From NCBI GenBank assembly GCA_051294375.1, contig CM119263.1:23720192-23784191 (forward strand): a DNA stretch of 64,000 bases. Reading direction: 5' to 3'. Made by a program: the position numbers and the translations under genes. Positions within the stretch are counted from its first letter, which is position 1. Every line of letters begins with the position of its first letter. Origin of the DNA: Paraspadella gotoi (taxonomy: Eukaryota > Animalia > Chaetognatha). A model generated the notes under the pieces. It was given only the letters and a program-made list of their open reading frames with translations, had not been told where the DNA came from and made no database searches. Shown piece by piece: positions 51,774 to 64,000 of the stretch.

Positions 51774-52540
51774 GTCAATAAATTAGTAGAATTTTGTGGC
51801 AAAATAACCTTTTTATTATTGATCTATATTAGATTTTATAAGTGTACATATAATTATCATAACTACTTTATTTACATTCAGTATTTTAATTTATTTACAA
51901 TTTTCTTACAATGAATCCCTTTTTATATAATTTTCACTTTTGTTTTTCCTCAAAACTCATTCGATTTCTTCTTCTACATTTCAATAAGTCCTGCTGCAGC
52001 GTCACGCCACCTCAGGCCCGGACGGCGCTCAGTCCATATTGTACTTTATTCCCCCCACTACTTTTTTTGTAATATCCTTAACTTAAGCTCAAACATTGTA
52101 GGCGTAATTTATCTTGTTTATCTTCGGAATGGAAGCCGTCTTCTCGTCGGCGTCTCATCTCGAACGGGGCGGAATAGTGGTGCCGAATCTCGGAATAGTG
52201 GCGCCCCTTTTGGAAGGCGAGCGATTCTCTAGTCAGCGCCATCTATTTATTGGATACCATTTTTCGGCAAGGCATCGTTTTTTTAGTCGTGGATACAGTT
52301 CTGACTAGTATTCAAGTCGCCTGTCATTAATACTTCACTTGGATACCATTCACATTGTCCCGAAGTATGCATCGCGTTCAATTTATCTCATAGACATCGC
52401 CACATCGCCTCGCCCGCTCTGAGAGAAAGGTGGCACCCAATCGCAATGCATACTTCTCCTCGACTTTCTCTCGGCTCCGCGGCGTGTGGCCGCGCCCCCT
52501 GGCACGAGGGAATTCTCGTTTATTGGAAGCTCAAACAAAA

Positions 52541-52873
52541 AAGCGCGAGCGGCGCGAGCGGCGCGAGCGGCGCGAGCCTGATTCGCGCTTCGACGTGAAG
52601 GAAGGAGATAGGGCGGGGGTAGGGGGAGGGGAAGGAGGTGATGGTGGTGGCGGGAAAAGCGAGGGAGAGTTTAGGGACGGATATATTTGGAATTGCGTTG
52701 GTGGTGCTTGGTGGTGCTTGGTGGTGCTTGGTGGCGCTTGGTGGGGTGGAAATGGGGAATGAGGGCGAAGTTGATGGCAGTGATAAGATTTTGGAAGAAG
52801 AGGAACAATTTCATTGATTAATAGATTGCAGGGCGTTAATAGATTGAAGGGCGTTAATAGATTTCAGGGCGTT
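52541..52873. repeat. Cluster of short minisatellites
   Basis: (GCGCGAGCG)-type unit about x4 at 52543-52577; (TTGGTGGTGC) about x4 at 52698-52741; about 18-bp TTAATAGATTNNAGGGCG x3 at 52818-52871. Confidence 0.8.
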
Positions 52874-53185
52874 TTCGTTGCCCTTAATTAAAATAAAGAG
52901 GGCGGATTATTGTCTGAGTGAGTGATTTGTAAGATTTCGGTTGAGTTATTACATGGGATGGGGTAATTTTTTGATTAACTTCATCGCTTAGTATTTAATA
53001 GATCACAACATCGGAGTAATGGTTTAGACACAAGCGGTATTGTAATATATAAAGTTTATAAACAGAAATAAATCGAGAGTATATTAGTAACAAAAACAAG
53101 TGAAAAAAGTCTAATAATATGATATATTTGTAGCTTTATAAGTTACCTTGAATTTCCTTAAATTTAGAATGATAAAAAAATCTAA

Positions 53186-53228
<43 letters not shown>

Positions 53229-54066
53229 CTCCTGCTCTCGCTCTCTCTCTCACACACAATCCCTGCCATATCCGCTAGTGTCGCCATAAAGTCAAAGCAG
53301 ATTTCATAATTCATAAGCCATTAATTGTTTCCCTCATGAATCGTCCTACATCCTTGAAACAAACTTTCATATTTTGATCGACTTGCCCATTGCCAAGATT
53401 CAGTGTACACTATGCAAAACTTGTAACCATCCATCATAATATAAACAAAGATATCAAGAAAAAATATAAATAAAACAGGAAGACTTTAAATGTTAAAAAT
53501 ATAAAAATCTTTAAAGATGGAATAGTGAAAGATGTAATTTTGAAATTTTCACATAAATTTTAACGTTTCGATTTATAATTTTTAAAATATCATAAGTCTT
53601 CCAAGTTTCCCCACCATTTTCTCTTAATCTTAAAAACCAGACCCTCATGAATCAGATCCGCCACCTCCGAAATAAACGTAATACGCCCCAAAGCTTTTCT
53701 TTCTCGTTCCTTCCGGTTGCGAGAGTTTCTGCTCCGCCACCGAAAGAGGTCGCTTTTCTTTCCTCCGTCGATGCTCATTTGTCATTCGCCCCAACAATAA
53801 AAAAAAAAAAAAAAAGACTAGAAGGAAAATTTCATTCTTCTTTTTTGTTTTTGTTTTTGTCGATTTTTTTGTCTTTTTTTTTTCCATCCCGTCATTTTCC
53901 AAATTTATATTCGGCGGATTTTTTACGAACCGGAAGGAATCAGCTGCTGATTGTGTTTTCTTTTCAACGTCACTGAATCCAGATCCCGAATTTTTTTTTA
54001 TTTTTCGCCTCCTCGATTTCTGCCAAGAAGGCGAGAGAGAGGAGAGAGAGCGAGAGAGAGGAGAGA

Positions 54067-54103
<37 letters not shown>

Positions 54104-57100
54104 GAGAGGAGAACAACCTCATCGCACCGACCCGCCGAGCCGACGACTGGCAGATAGCGAGATACTCATTCCCCTGCGAATCCCACCCCATCCCGTGAGC
54201 AACGGCAGCGCGGTGGTACTAGATCTGCGACGAGTAGATAGAGCCTATCCCGCAGATTTCGAGAAAAATAAGAGGATCACAAAAGATGTATAAAGAAAAT
54301 AAAAAAAACCGCAGAGCGCCGAAGAAAGAACAAAATATTTCCTGAATTTTCTTCTTTTCTTATACCTCGAATTTTTTTTTTTCTCTTCTATGGTTTCCCC
54401 CTCTCACATCGGCAATCAACGACCACCATTTTTCCTACTCCCTCTCTCCTCCCACCCCGCGCACAAACACACAACACCGGTGTGCGCACCCCCCGCACAG
54501 ACGACTCAAGCACAGCCGACTCTTTCTCGTCGCCCAACCACCCCACCAACACACCCACCCCCCCGAGAGCCGAACACCACCAACACATCCGGCTTTTCCC
54601 CTCTAAACATTTGAAGGTCGCCCCGTGCGACCTCCCCTAGACAACAGACTCCCCAACTGCCGCGCCGAATCGCAACGGTGCCCACCCCCCCCGTGAACCC
54701 CCGAGACAACGCTCGCCTCCCCACAGCACCCCGACGCACCGAACACTCCCCACCGACCAGGCTACCACCCCCGTCCGACCACCCCCTCCTCAGCACTCCC
54801 GCACCACCCCACCCTCCCACCTCTCGCCTCCGCGAGACACCGACCGATCCCCCGACCGCCCCCCCCCGACCCCCACATCCCGCCCCCGCCCCCTCTCAGC
54901 GATCCCCCCGCCCCCGTGACCCGAGACCCCCGACTCTCTCGTATATTGTGTGACTTTGATTTTTATTTTCTTCAATGAGTCGATTAGAGATGATTTCTCC
55001 CGCTCCCCACACACGCCCGCGTTCTTTGGATCGAAGGTTTATAAAAATGAAGAGATTTAGTTAAATGATGCGTGTATTTCTTTTGATCAGAATCAATTGA
55101 AGGAGATAATACTGGGTGATATTGCTGTTTAGACCGGTCGCAAGCACGATATCTCCCCGCAAACATAGTGCGCACATCTCGACCCGGAACCCCTATCCTC
55201 GGAGTAACACCGAACGCCCCCTTGGCTTCATTCACCCTTAAGATAGAGTGTCTGACGCCCCGACCCCGATGGACCATAACTCCCCCCGCCGTTCTTAGCA
55301 CCCTCAACTCCCCCAGATTATAGGACAGAAGTAAGTACCTCTTCCTGCCACCCCTGGGATAAAGCCGCCCACCCCACTTTCCCTCCCCCCTTTTCCTCTC
55401 TCGCCTTTCTCCCCGCCCTTTCTTTGCCCTCTCTCAACTCCCACTCCTCCTCTCAGTCCTTACACAGTAATCGTTTTACGATTCTTTTGTTTCGCTTCGG
55501 GTAATTAATTCTGTTTTCCTCTGCTTTCGAGCTTTTCTTCTCTTTCCGTCTTTTTACTCAGCGACTCGTTCCTCTCTTATTTGATCTCGAAACCGACATT
55601 GCATCTCCGGCGATGCGAACGGACCGCGACGGCAGAAGCTTTGATTTTTCAGATCGATCTCATCGAAAAAAAATTCCATCGCATTATTAAAATTATTAGT
55701 AACTTTATTTTAAGTTTAAAAGAGCCGCATTTTTCGTTCAATTTCATATACAGCTAGGTTTTGGCAAGAGCGCTTGCTCGTAAACCCACCAAAGCCGGTG
55801 TCCAAAGTCAGGTACAAAGATAGCTTATTATTAAGATGGATGGATATTTATATTGGTCATGTACCAATCACTTATAATAATGCACGATTACATTTATACT
55901 TCAGTTCCTCAAACATTATAGTCCAATTAATGCTTTCCCAGCTTTCCTTTCAACGCCCGGCCTTTCTCGCTAAATAATTCACAAAAGAAAAAGCCTGGCT
56001 ACTCGCCATTCCATTATCGCCTCTCTGTCATTGTTTTGTCACTCTTTAGTAGGGGTCACTCTCCTTTGTCACGCAAAGGCTCGGGGGTCAACCAAAAGTT
56101 GTCACTCATGGACTGGACAGGTCCTGTGTCGCGGTCGCGGTAAGGAGGGGAAAAAAAGGCATGAGATGGAAAGAAAAAAAGAAGGAAAGTGATGAAAAAA
56201 AAGAGGGAAGGAAGGAAGGAAGGAAGGAAGCAGAAGGAAGGAAAAGAAGGACATCAAAGGGAAAAAAAAAGGTTTGAGAGATGGTAGGAAAGGACAGATA
56301 TGAATGGAAGGAAAGGGAAGGAGGGAAAAGGAAAAACTGTCGTGCAGACAGCGCAAGACAGCTGCGAGAGGCAATCGGACAGGCCATGACAACCAAATGG
56401 AGCCGGAGTGGCAGAAACAGGACGACAGACCAACACATGAAGGCGCACGCGCGATCGACTCGGAATGAGGAAGGGTATTTGGACGCCGCACCACGGGTTA
56501 TATTTTTTTTGTTTCCTCTCGCGCTTCAAGTCGATCCACCGAGAAATTTCTAGTGGATGGACCGTCGAAGGTTTTTACTACGCTAAATGCTCATTCCCTA
56601 CGAGCACCCACTCTCTCGCTGCTTCGACTCTGCCGCGTAGGCTCCTCGTCCGCTCGGACACCCGCAACTCTCGCCCCGCCGTATCGTCATCTTTTCATCT
56701 TTTAAGCTTCGCGCCTAACTCTGCGCCCGCTGAACATTTCTTAATTGGGTATCGTACTAGTCTATCGATTAACCATTATTTTATCTTCTCACACTTCGAC
56801 GTCTCTACTCTATCTCCGGTTGCGACCTGTTGAGCGTTCTCATATGCGCTGAAATCATAAAACGTCTCGTAAATTCTAGGTGAAATTAATACAATTATAC
56901 AATTATAAGTTCTTATTTCTTATCTTGACTGGAGGAAAAAGGTTCCATTTATAAAGCGAGAGACATTTTTCCGTCGACTTACGTCGTAAATTTCTTTCCC
57001 CACCATTATTCTTTCCCTTCTGTGAGACTGTGAAAATTTAGCCACACAGCTAAACCTAATGTTAATCTAACTAATAAATTCGACACTGCAACGAAACAAG

Positions 57101-57770
57101 ACCAAGAGAGACTCGCTCTCGATTCTCCTCCGGCCCGCCCGTCGACATTGAATTCTTATTACATCCGGATTATCTTTTCGACCCGGGATCGCGACCCGGT
57201 CACGTGACGAGACAAACAACCGTAACACCTGCTGTTTCTGTTGTCTTATTCAACAGTCCTTCAGTACGGATCGTCTTGGTATCAATTTTTCAGAAATTCG
57301 ATAGGGTAAATACCGTAAACTTCAGTACGCTGCGACTGTTAGTTCAAAAGGACTGTTGTTTGATTGACAAGGGACAACGTTAACTATTGTAACATCCTCG
57401 GGTTTTCTTCCTCACCATTTCACCCCCCCCCCAAGGGTCAAAGGTAACGACGTCCGCGAAGGCCGACGCTCGTCGTCGCCGGACGAAAAAAGATTCCACC
57501 GACGAAGGAATTTCGATTTCATCCCTGATCCTAAATCCCGATTCCGTTTCGGGACCCGCGAATTCCTATTAATCCCACTGCGAAAAAATTTACTCTCTTT
57601 CTCATCCTTCTCTCTCATCTCTCTCTCTCTCTCTCTCCTCTCTCTCGCTTCTCTGCATCTCTCTCTCTCTCTCGCTCTTCTCTTCGCCTCTCTCCTCTCT
57701 CTCCTCTCTCTCTCGTGCTCTCTCTCTCTCTACTCTCTCTCTCTCTCTCTCCTCGTCAGCGTTCTTCTGC

Positions 57771-60700
57771 TCCAAACTTTGGCACCTTTCATTAAAACCG
57801 ATCGTTTCTCGCTTACGTTGCAATGTGTCTCCGCGGTTTCTGGACTCTTTCGCCCAGGGAAGCGGCTAGCCTCATCATTTACTCATAATAATTATCTTCG
57901 ATCTGCTGTACGAATTTTCGCCGATGTGAAGCGTCGTGAGTTATCGATAATCAATTGCATTCGCGGTATAACCATACTAATCTTGCGCCTTGCTGCTTCA
58001 AATTACAGTCCACCTTTGCGCACCGTTCGTCACTCGAAATCTACAATTCAAAGAATGAAAATGGAGTTTATTGCAGATGGAGGTAACCACTGACCATCTC
58101 AGCAGGTTTTTTGTTGTCTGAAACCTGTGCTCCCGTTTCAGAATAGTCCATGAGATGGAAAAAAAAAAAAACCCAGGCCAAGGACCTCCACACCAGCAAA
58201 AAAAAAGCCTCTTAGTTTGTAAGCGGGAGAGTGAGATAGTGCATGAGGAGAGCAAGAGAGAGAGAGAAGGAGAGACGAAGAGAGGAACGACAGAGAAAGA
58301 CTATGGACATGAAAAAACCAATTAATCAGGTAAATGGGCGAAAGAGAAAAGACAGAAAATGAAGATTAATTAAGAGTGAAGATAGAGATGGAACAGAAAA
58401 AAAATAGATTAAATCATTTAATGCAGTCTCACCTCTTTTTCCAAGATGCAGAAAGACGAGAGTGAGTGAGTAAGCACGATAATTCGTGAAGGTTCTCTTT
58501 CCTCTAGGTGGGCTATTCATCTGTCGACGCGGTAAGGCACAGGCGATCCATCTCTTCCGGTCCTATGTTAGCTTCTAAGAGAGATAGAGAGGAGGACGGA
58601 GATGAGAGAGATTGAAGACGATGAGAGAGAGAGAGTAGACGAAGACGAGACAGATGAGAGAGAAGAGAGAGAGAGAGAAATCTAGAATGCGAGAGAAATC
58701 GCTTGAGAAAATTCTTATTCCGAAGTTGAGTTTTTAACCCCGCGCGTCCGAGAATCCAACGGAAAAAGAAGAGAGATAAAAATAATATTCCTCGCGCCGC
58801 CTTTGCCGACTCTGGAAATTTCGATCGGCCGCCCAAAACAAAGTTCCTTTTTATTTAATTACTCAAGTAATTTGCACAAAATATCCGACCGCTCGATGTC
58901 GCTTGCTCGACGCTCAGGAAAAAAAAGGAGAGATGAAACTCTCCTGATAACGCGAGAATGAGACAGGCCAGCAACCTTAAGAGGGAAGAGGAAGATAACT
59001 CACCCAGCCCAAGGGACACAATCAGATGGGGAGATGAGAGGAAGGAAGGCGGAAGGTAAGTCAAGGAGCGAAGTGGCAGAGAGAATTGAGAAAATGAGAG
59101 AAGAGAGATAAGAAGATTAAACGAAGGGAAAGAGAGAAAGATGAGCTTATGCGGCAAACAGCCGGGTTCGCCCTAGTGCATGCCATTGGGATGGTGGCAT
59201 CCTAACTCGTTGGCTTTTGGGGCTTCCGACCCTCGCAGTGACGCCTTTAGTGCACTGCGCGGTTACCCTAGGACTGGTACTCGCCTTGCCAAACGCGCAG
59301 AGGAAGCAGCTTAGGACTGTGTGATGCGAACACTACGGCCTGGGCATGGTGTTTTCCCCTCTGAGCCAGATGGATTTGGCTGACGGTATGGTCGGACGTG
59401 AGCGCGGTGTGAATATACCGCCACAGATCCCCGGGCAAGACATCACTCAAGCGTTCCTTCAAGACCTGAGAGGTGGTCTGACAAGACTTGTTACCATTAG
59501 TGCGTGAGAGAGAAGAGAGAGCTGCGAAGTTGTGGCGGCAATAGGCGTTTGTCGACGTACCCGGCTAGGCTCAGGTGCCTAGCATCGGCTAAAGGTCCAT
59601 CGGCGACGCGCGCGATAGGCGTTTTGTCGCTAAGCGTACCACTAGAAGGTTGCGTGTGTTCGATAAGTAGGGGTCTCACACTAATATGGACAACAGACCG
59701 GTTGCCTGTCGATGCCCCATTGGGAATGCGGGCATCTCGCACTGTTGCTTTGGGGGCTTCCGATCCCTCAGTGACGCCTTTAGTCCTGGCCGCGGTTACC
59801 TAGGACGGTTCTCGCTTGCCAACGCAGAGGGAAGGTCGTTAGGAACTGCTGGATGGAACACTACGCACTAGGATGAGATGATGTTCCCCCTCTGAGCACA
59901 ATGCGATTGCGCTGCCGGTATAGGTGGACGTGAGGCGGTCTTGTGACATATACCGCCACAAGCTCACCTTTATATTATAATAAGGATTGAAATTATATGA
60001 GAGAAGAAAAACTGAGGAAAATGAAGGATTAATTTCGAAGACCGTCGCGTAAGATAGATGGGGAACACAAAACGGATGAAGCTTAAACAAACTATTGGGG
60101 GTCATCGGTGGCTATGGGAAGGATAGAAGACAAAGATGAGAAAAGGAGCTATGCCGACGGATAAGAAATTAGGATTAGAGCAAGGAGGTATGGGAGGATT
60201 AGAAAGAAAATAGACGGAAATAAGAAGAAGGAGCACGTATGGGAGGAAGAATAGAAATGAGGAAATAGGAAGGTTGGAGGAGAAAGAAAATAGAGAAAGG
60301 AGGGCGTATGGCGAGAGATAGAAAGAACAATAGAGGAAATAAGAGAAGGAGGTTGGCAGATGGGAAAAGAGAAATAAGAGAAATAGAGAAGAAAAAGGAA
60401 GGACAGACAGAAGAAATAGAGAAAGCAGAGGAAGCAGAAAGAGAAGAGAGGAAATAAAGATTATTCGCTAAACTAATAGAAGGAAACAGAAAATAGAACA
60501 AAGAGCACAAATATTATAAAAAATAGCAACAAAACAACCAAACAAAATAAATACAAACATCAAACACAATCTCTCATACATAATTTTATTNNNNNNNNNN
60601 NNNNNNNNNNNNNNNCTCTCAGTTTCTTCTCTCCAACTTTGGACTTTCATAAACCGGTCGTTTCTTCGCTTCGTTGCATGTCCGGGTTTCTGGGACTCTT

Positions 60701-62300
60701 TCGCCCAGGGAGCGGCTAGGCTCATCCTTTCTCAAATAATATCTCGATTGTACGAATTCGCGATGGTAGCGTCGTGATTTACATAACAATTGCATTCGGT
60801 TATAACCATTAATCTTGCGCCTTGCTGTCAAATTAAGCACCTTTGCCGACCGTTCGTCCACTCGAAATCTCAATTCAAAATGAAATGAGTTTATTGCAGA
60901 TGGAGGTACCCACTGACCATTCAGGGTTTTTNNNNNNNNNNNNNNNNNNNNNNNNNNNNNNNNNNNNNNNNNNNNNNNNNNNNNNNNNNNNNNNNNNNNN
61001 NNNNNNNNNNNNNNNNNNNNNNNNNNNNNNNNNNNNNNNNNNNNNNNNNNNNNNNNNNNNNNNNNNNNNNNNNNNNNNNNNNNNNNNNNNNNNNNNNNNN
61101 NNNNNNNNNNNNNNNNNNNNNNNNNNNNNNNNNNNNNNNNNNNNNNNNNNNNNNNNNNNNNNNNNNNNNNNNNNAAGACGGCAAGACTTGGACATGAAAA
61201 ACAATTTCAGGTAAATTGTTGGGAGAAAATGACAGAAAATGGGTTAAGAGTGAGATGAGATGGAAACAGAAAAAAAATAGATTAATCATTTAATGCAGTC
61301 TCACTCTTTTTTCCAGAGAGAGAGAGAGTGACCCGTAATTCGTGAGGTTTCTCTTTTCCTCTAGTGGGCTTTCATTGTCGACGGAAGGACGGCGTTCCAT
61401 CTCTTCCGGTCCTATTAGCTCATAGGAGAGAGAGAGATAGATGAGAGAGGAGAGACGGAGAGATGCGGAGGTGAGGAAGGAGAGAGCAGAGAGGAGAGAG
61501 AGAGAGAGAGAGAGAAATCTAGAATGGGAGAAATCGCTTGGAATCTTATCCGAGTTGATTTTCCCCGCGCGTCCGAGTCCAACGGAAACGAAGAGGATAA
61601 ATATATTCCTCGCGCCGCCTTTGCCGACTCTGGAATTCGTCGGCCGCAAAACGAAGTTCCTTTTGTTTTATTACTCAGTAATTTGCAAAATCCGCCGCTC
61701 GATGTCGCTGCTCCGACGCTCAGGGAAAAAAAAAGGAGAGATGAACTCTGCTGATAACGGAGAATGGAGGCCAGAACCTTAAGAGGGAAGGGGAGATAAC
61801 TCACCCGCCCGAAGACACAATCGATGGGGAGATGAGATGGAGGAAGGGGAGGTAAGTCAAGGGCGAGTGGAGGAGAATTGAAAATGGGAAGGAAGATAAA
61901 AGAAGATTAAACGAAGGGAAAGAAGAGAAAGATGAGCTCACCTTTTATATTTAAAGGATGAATTTATTGGGAGAAAAACTGGAAAATGAAAGGATTAATT
62001 TCGAAGAGTCGGTAGAAGATAGAGGGGAACACAAAACGATGAAGCTTAAACAAAACTATGGGGGTATGGGGGTATGGGAGGATAGAAAGAAAATAGAGGA
62101 AATAAGAGAAGGAGGTATGGGAGGATAGAAAGAAAATAGAGGAAGAGAAGGGAGAATAGAGAAGCGGAGAGAGAGAAGGGGAATAGTTTCGCTCTTAGAA
62201 GGAAACGAATGGGGCTTTTTATTGCAACAACCCAAACAAATAATCAAACTCAAACACTAGCATTTGTCATGACATCCGAATGATTTTCATCCAATTTATT
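57771..62300. repeat. Imperfect tandem duplication (about 57771-60590 vs 60632-62300) next to N gaps; probably two haplotypes or uncorrected long-read gap fill
   Basis: Collinear similarity over more than 1.5 kb, dominated by single-base insertions in the first copy, flanked and interrupted by N runs. Confidence 0.85.
59148..59960 (-). mobile_element. Non-autonomous miniature LTR element (TRIM-like): two ~277-bp LTRs, 259-bp non-coding interior, AGCT target-site duplication
   Basis: Direct repeats at 59148-59425 and 59685-59960, each beginning TGTGGCGGTAT on the minus strand. AGCT flanks both sides (59144-59147 and 59961-59964). The duplicate segment has the empty site gatgAGCTcacc at 61935-61938. 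Confidence 0.85.
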
Positions 62301-63950
62301 TCAAAATAGAAAAGACAAAAAAAAATGATGTGAATTACAACAAAAACCTCAGAAGAAAAAAAAAAGGAAAGAAAAGAAAAGAAATGGTTATCCTGAATAA
62401 GAAAAGGATGAATTAAGTGAATGAGAACGGTAAAGTAGGACCAGAGCCGCGCAATACAAAAGGTCTCTGATGGAGAAAGAGTTAAGGAGAGAAAGAGCGG
62501 GGAGACTCGAGTGTAAAGAGAACCGGGTGTTCGGGCGGACAATAAAAAGGTGGGGCATAGTTGCACAGTGGAAATTGAGGTCGGAGAGAAATAAAGAGTT
62601 GCATTGTGTATTGACTATTGAGTAATCTGCTGTCTGCAGGGGAAGTAATTCTTGATCCAGGAAATAAAGTCGAATTCCGGTACTTGCGTATTTATTTATG
62701 TTTCGATGTTTAATTTTTTTTCCTATGAATTGTAGTATTCAAACAGTTTTATGAGAGTGAATGTTTTTATGTCAAATTTTCTCCCTAAAAATGTATTTTT
62801 ATTATTCTTTGAGAGAAAATATTTTTTTATGTTAAACATCCTATTATATGCTAGTAAAATGTCTAAAAAAAGGAGGCAGTGAATTATATGAAAAAAGGAG
62901 CAAGCACTTGAGAGAAAACGGGCTCGAAAAAAAAAAAAAAAAGTGTATGATGCATGAAAAACCTGGGGAAGAAGCAAGAGAGGGAAAGGATTTGTTTTAA
63001 GGAAGAAAATGACTGGAATTGAAGGTGGGGGAAAAGGAGGAGAGCAGAGAGACGAGGAACAGAGAGAGCAGAGCCATGAGACCGAGACGAGATGCGTGAG
63101 GATGATGAGTGAGAGAGAGAACGAGAATGACAGCGGATAGAGCTATCGAACTAAAACAGAGAGACGTAATCTCTTCGATATCTAATCAAACCAAGGAAAA
63201 CAAGTGGATAGGGGATTAATAATCATGAAGGGCAGCCGGAGAAGGTGTTCTCTTGGGTCGTGGAGTTGAGTGTAGTGGGTTGCGAGGGAAGAAACAGAGA
63301 GGAAATATAGAGTGACGCAGGAAGATCCAATCGTGGAGGAGAGAGACGCAGATGAGAGAGAGAGGGCAAAAGGCATCAGCGGAGTGACAATCCCAAAGGG
63401 AACGGAACGACGAGGAGGAAGAGAACGAGGGAGGTAAGAAGAAGGAGCAACGACGGGATCTGGGTTTTATTCAGTTACATACAATTGGAATGAAATAGAG
63501 GAGGACATTAGACTACGAATCTCAAGAAGAACCGGTGAGATTATCTTGAACATCCACTGAGTCATATGAGAGAGAGAAGAGGAGAGACGAGAGGAGGGAG
63601 AGAGGAGAGAGTAGAGAAGAAGAGAGGAATGGAGAGAGAGATGAGAGAGAGAGAGGAATGAAGCGAGTAAAAAGAAAAGTGGAAGAAATGGAAAGAAAAC
63701 AGGGATTGAGAAAAAACTCACCCGGCAGAGAATGAAAAGAATGCAGAAACGAAAAGGAAAAAGAATAAACTGGAAGGGGGGGAGGAGTGAGAATGGGGGG
63801 GGGGCGGATAGGATACCATTTTTGTGAAAGAGAGAAGAGGGGAGAGTGACTCATCGAAAGGCGGGAGAAAAAAAACAGGTCGCGTCGGGGTTAAAAAACC
63901 AAGTACGATAATTTTTTATGTTACCTGGGAGACGAGATAAATATGCGGTT

Positions 63951-63982
<32 letters not shown>

Positions 63983-64000
63983 TCTCTCTCTTCGTCTCTC

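Noticed and set aside
52541-52873. Short repeat arrays as CRISPR-like
   Set aside because: Head-to-tail minisatellites without unique spacers, in a eukaryotic context with no cas genes.
54388-55014. Pro-rich/Gly-rich ORFs in a C-rich tract
   Set aside because: Degenerate low-complexity sequence typical of poor-quality read fill; no splice-consistent model.
60843-61289. ORFs spanning N runs
   Set aside because: Open only because of ambiguous bases.

Overview
Animal (metazoan) genomic DNA with compact, short-intron genes, GC-rich exons and AT-rich introns. From left to right: (1) a Vestigial-like (VGLL, Tondu/TDU domain) gene on the minus strand, which the ORF track misses; (2) the last seven exons (YAP/VGLL-binding domain) of a TEAD/scalloped gene on the plus strand, with no TEA-domain exons in the window, so VGLL appears to sit antisense inside an intron of the gene for its own binding partner; (3) a dense motile-cilia-rich block: CCDC166/121-like, intronless LRRC34, SMYD3-like, RSPH10B and intronless RSPH1. 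The minus-strand genes form two parallel pairs, each with an X-box-like motif, then an intronless gene, then a closely following spliced gene; (4) an SLCO/OATP transporter; (5) a long GA-microsatellite-rich non-coding region, then a THAP-domain transcription factor with corepressor-type motifs; (6) a RING-H2 gene; (7) from about 54 kb on, low-quality, partly duplicated gap-fill sequence. This part holds an 813-bp miniature LTR element (TRIM-like) with a 4-bp target duplication, present in one copy of the duplicated segment and absent from the other. All gene models were spliced and translated by eye, and family names come from recalled sequence similarity, not from a database search.
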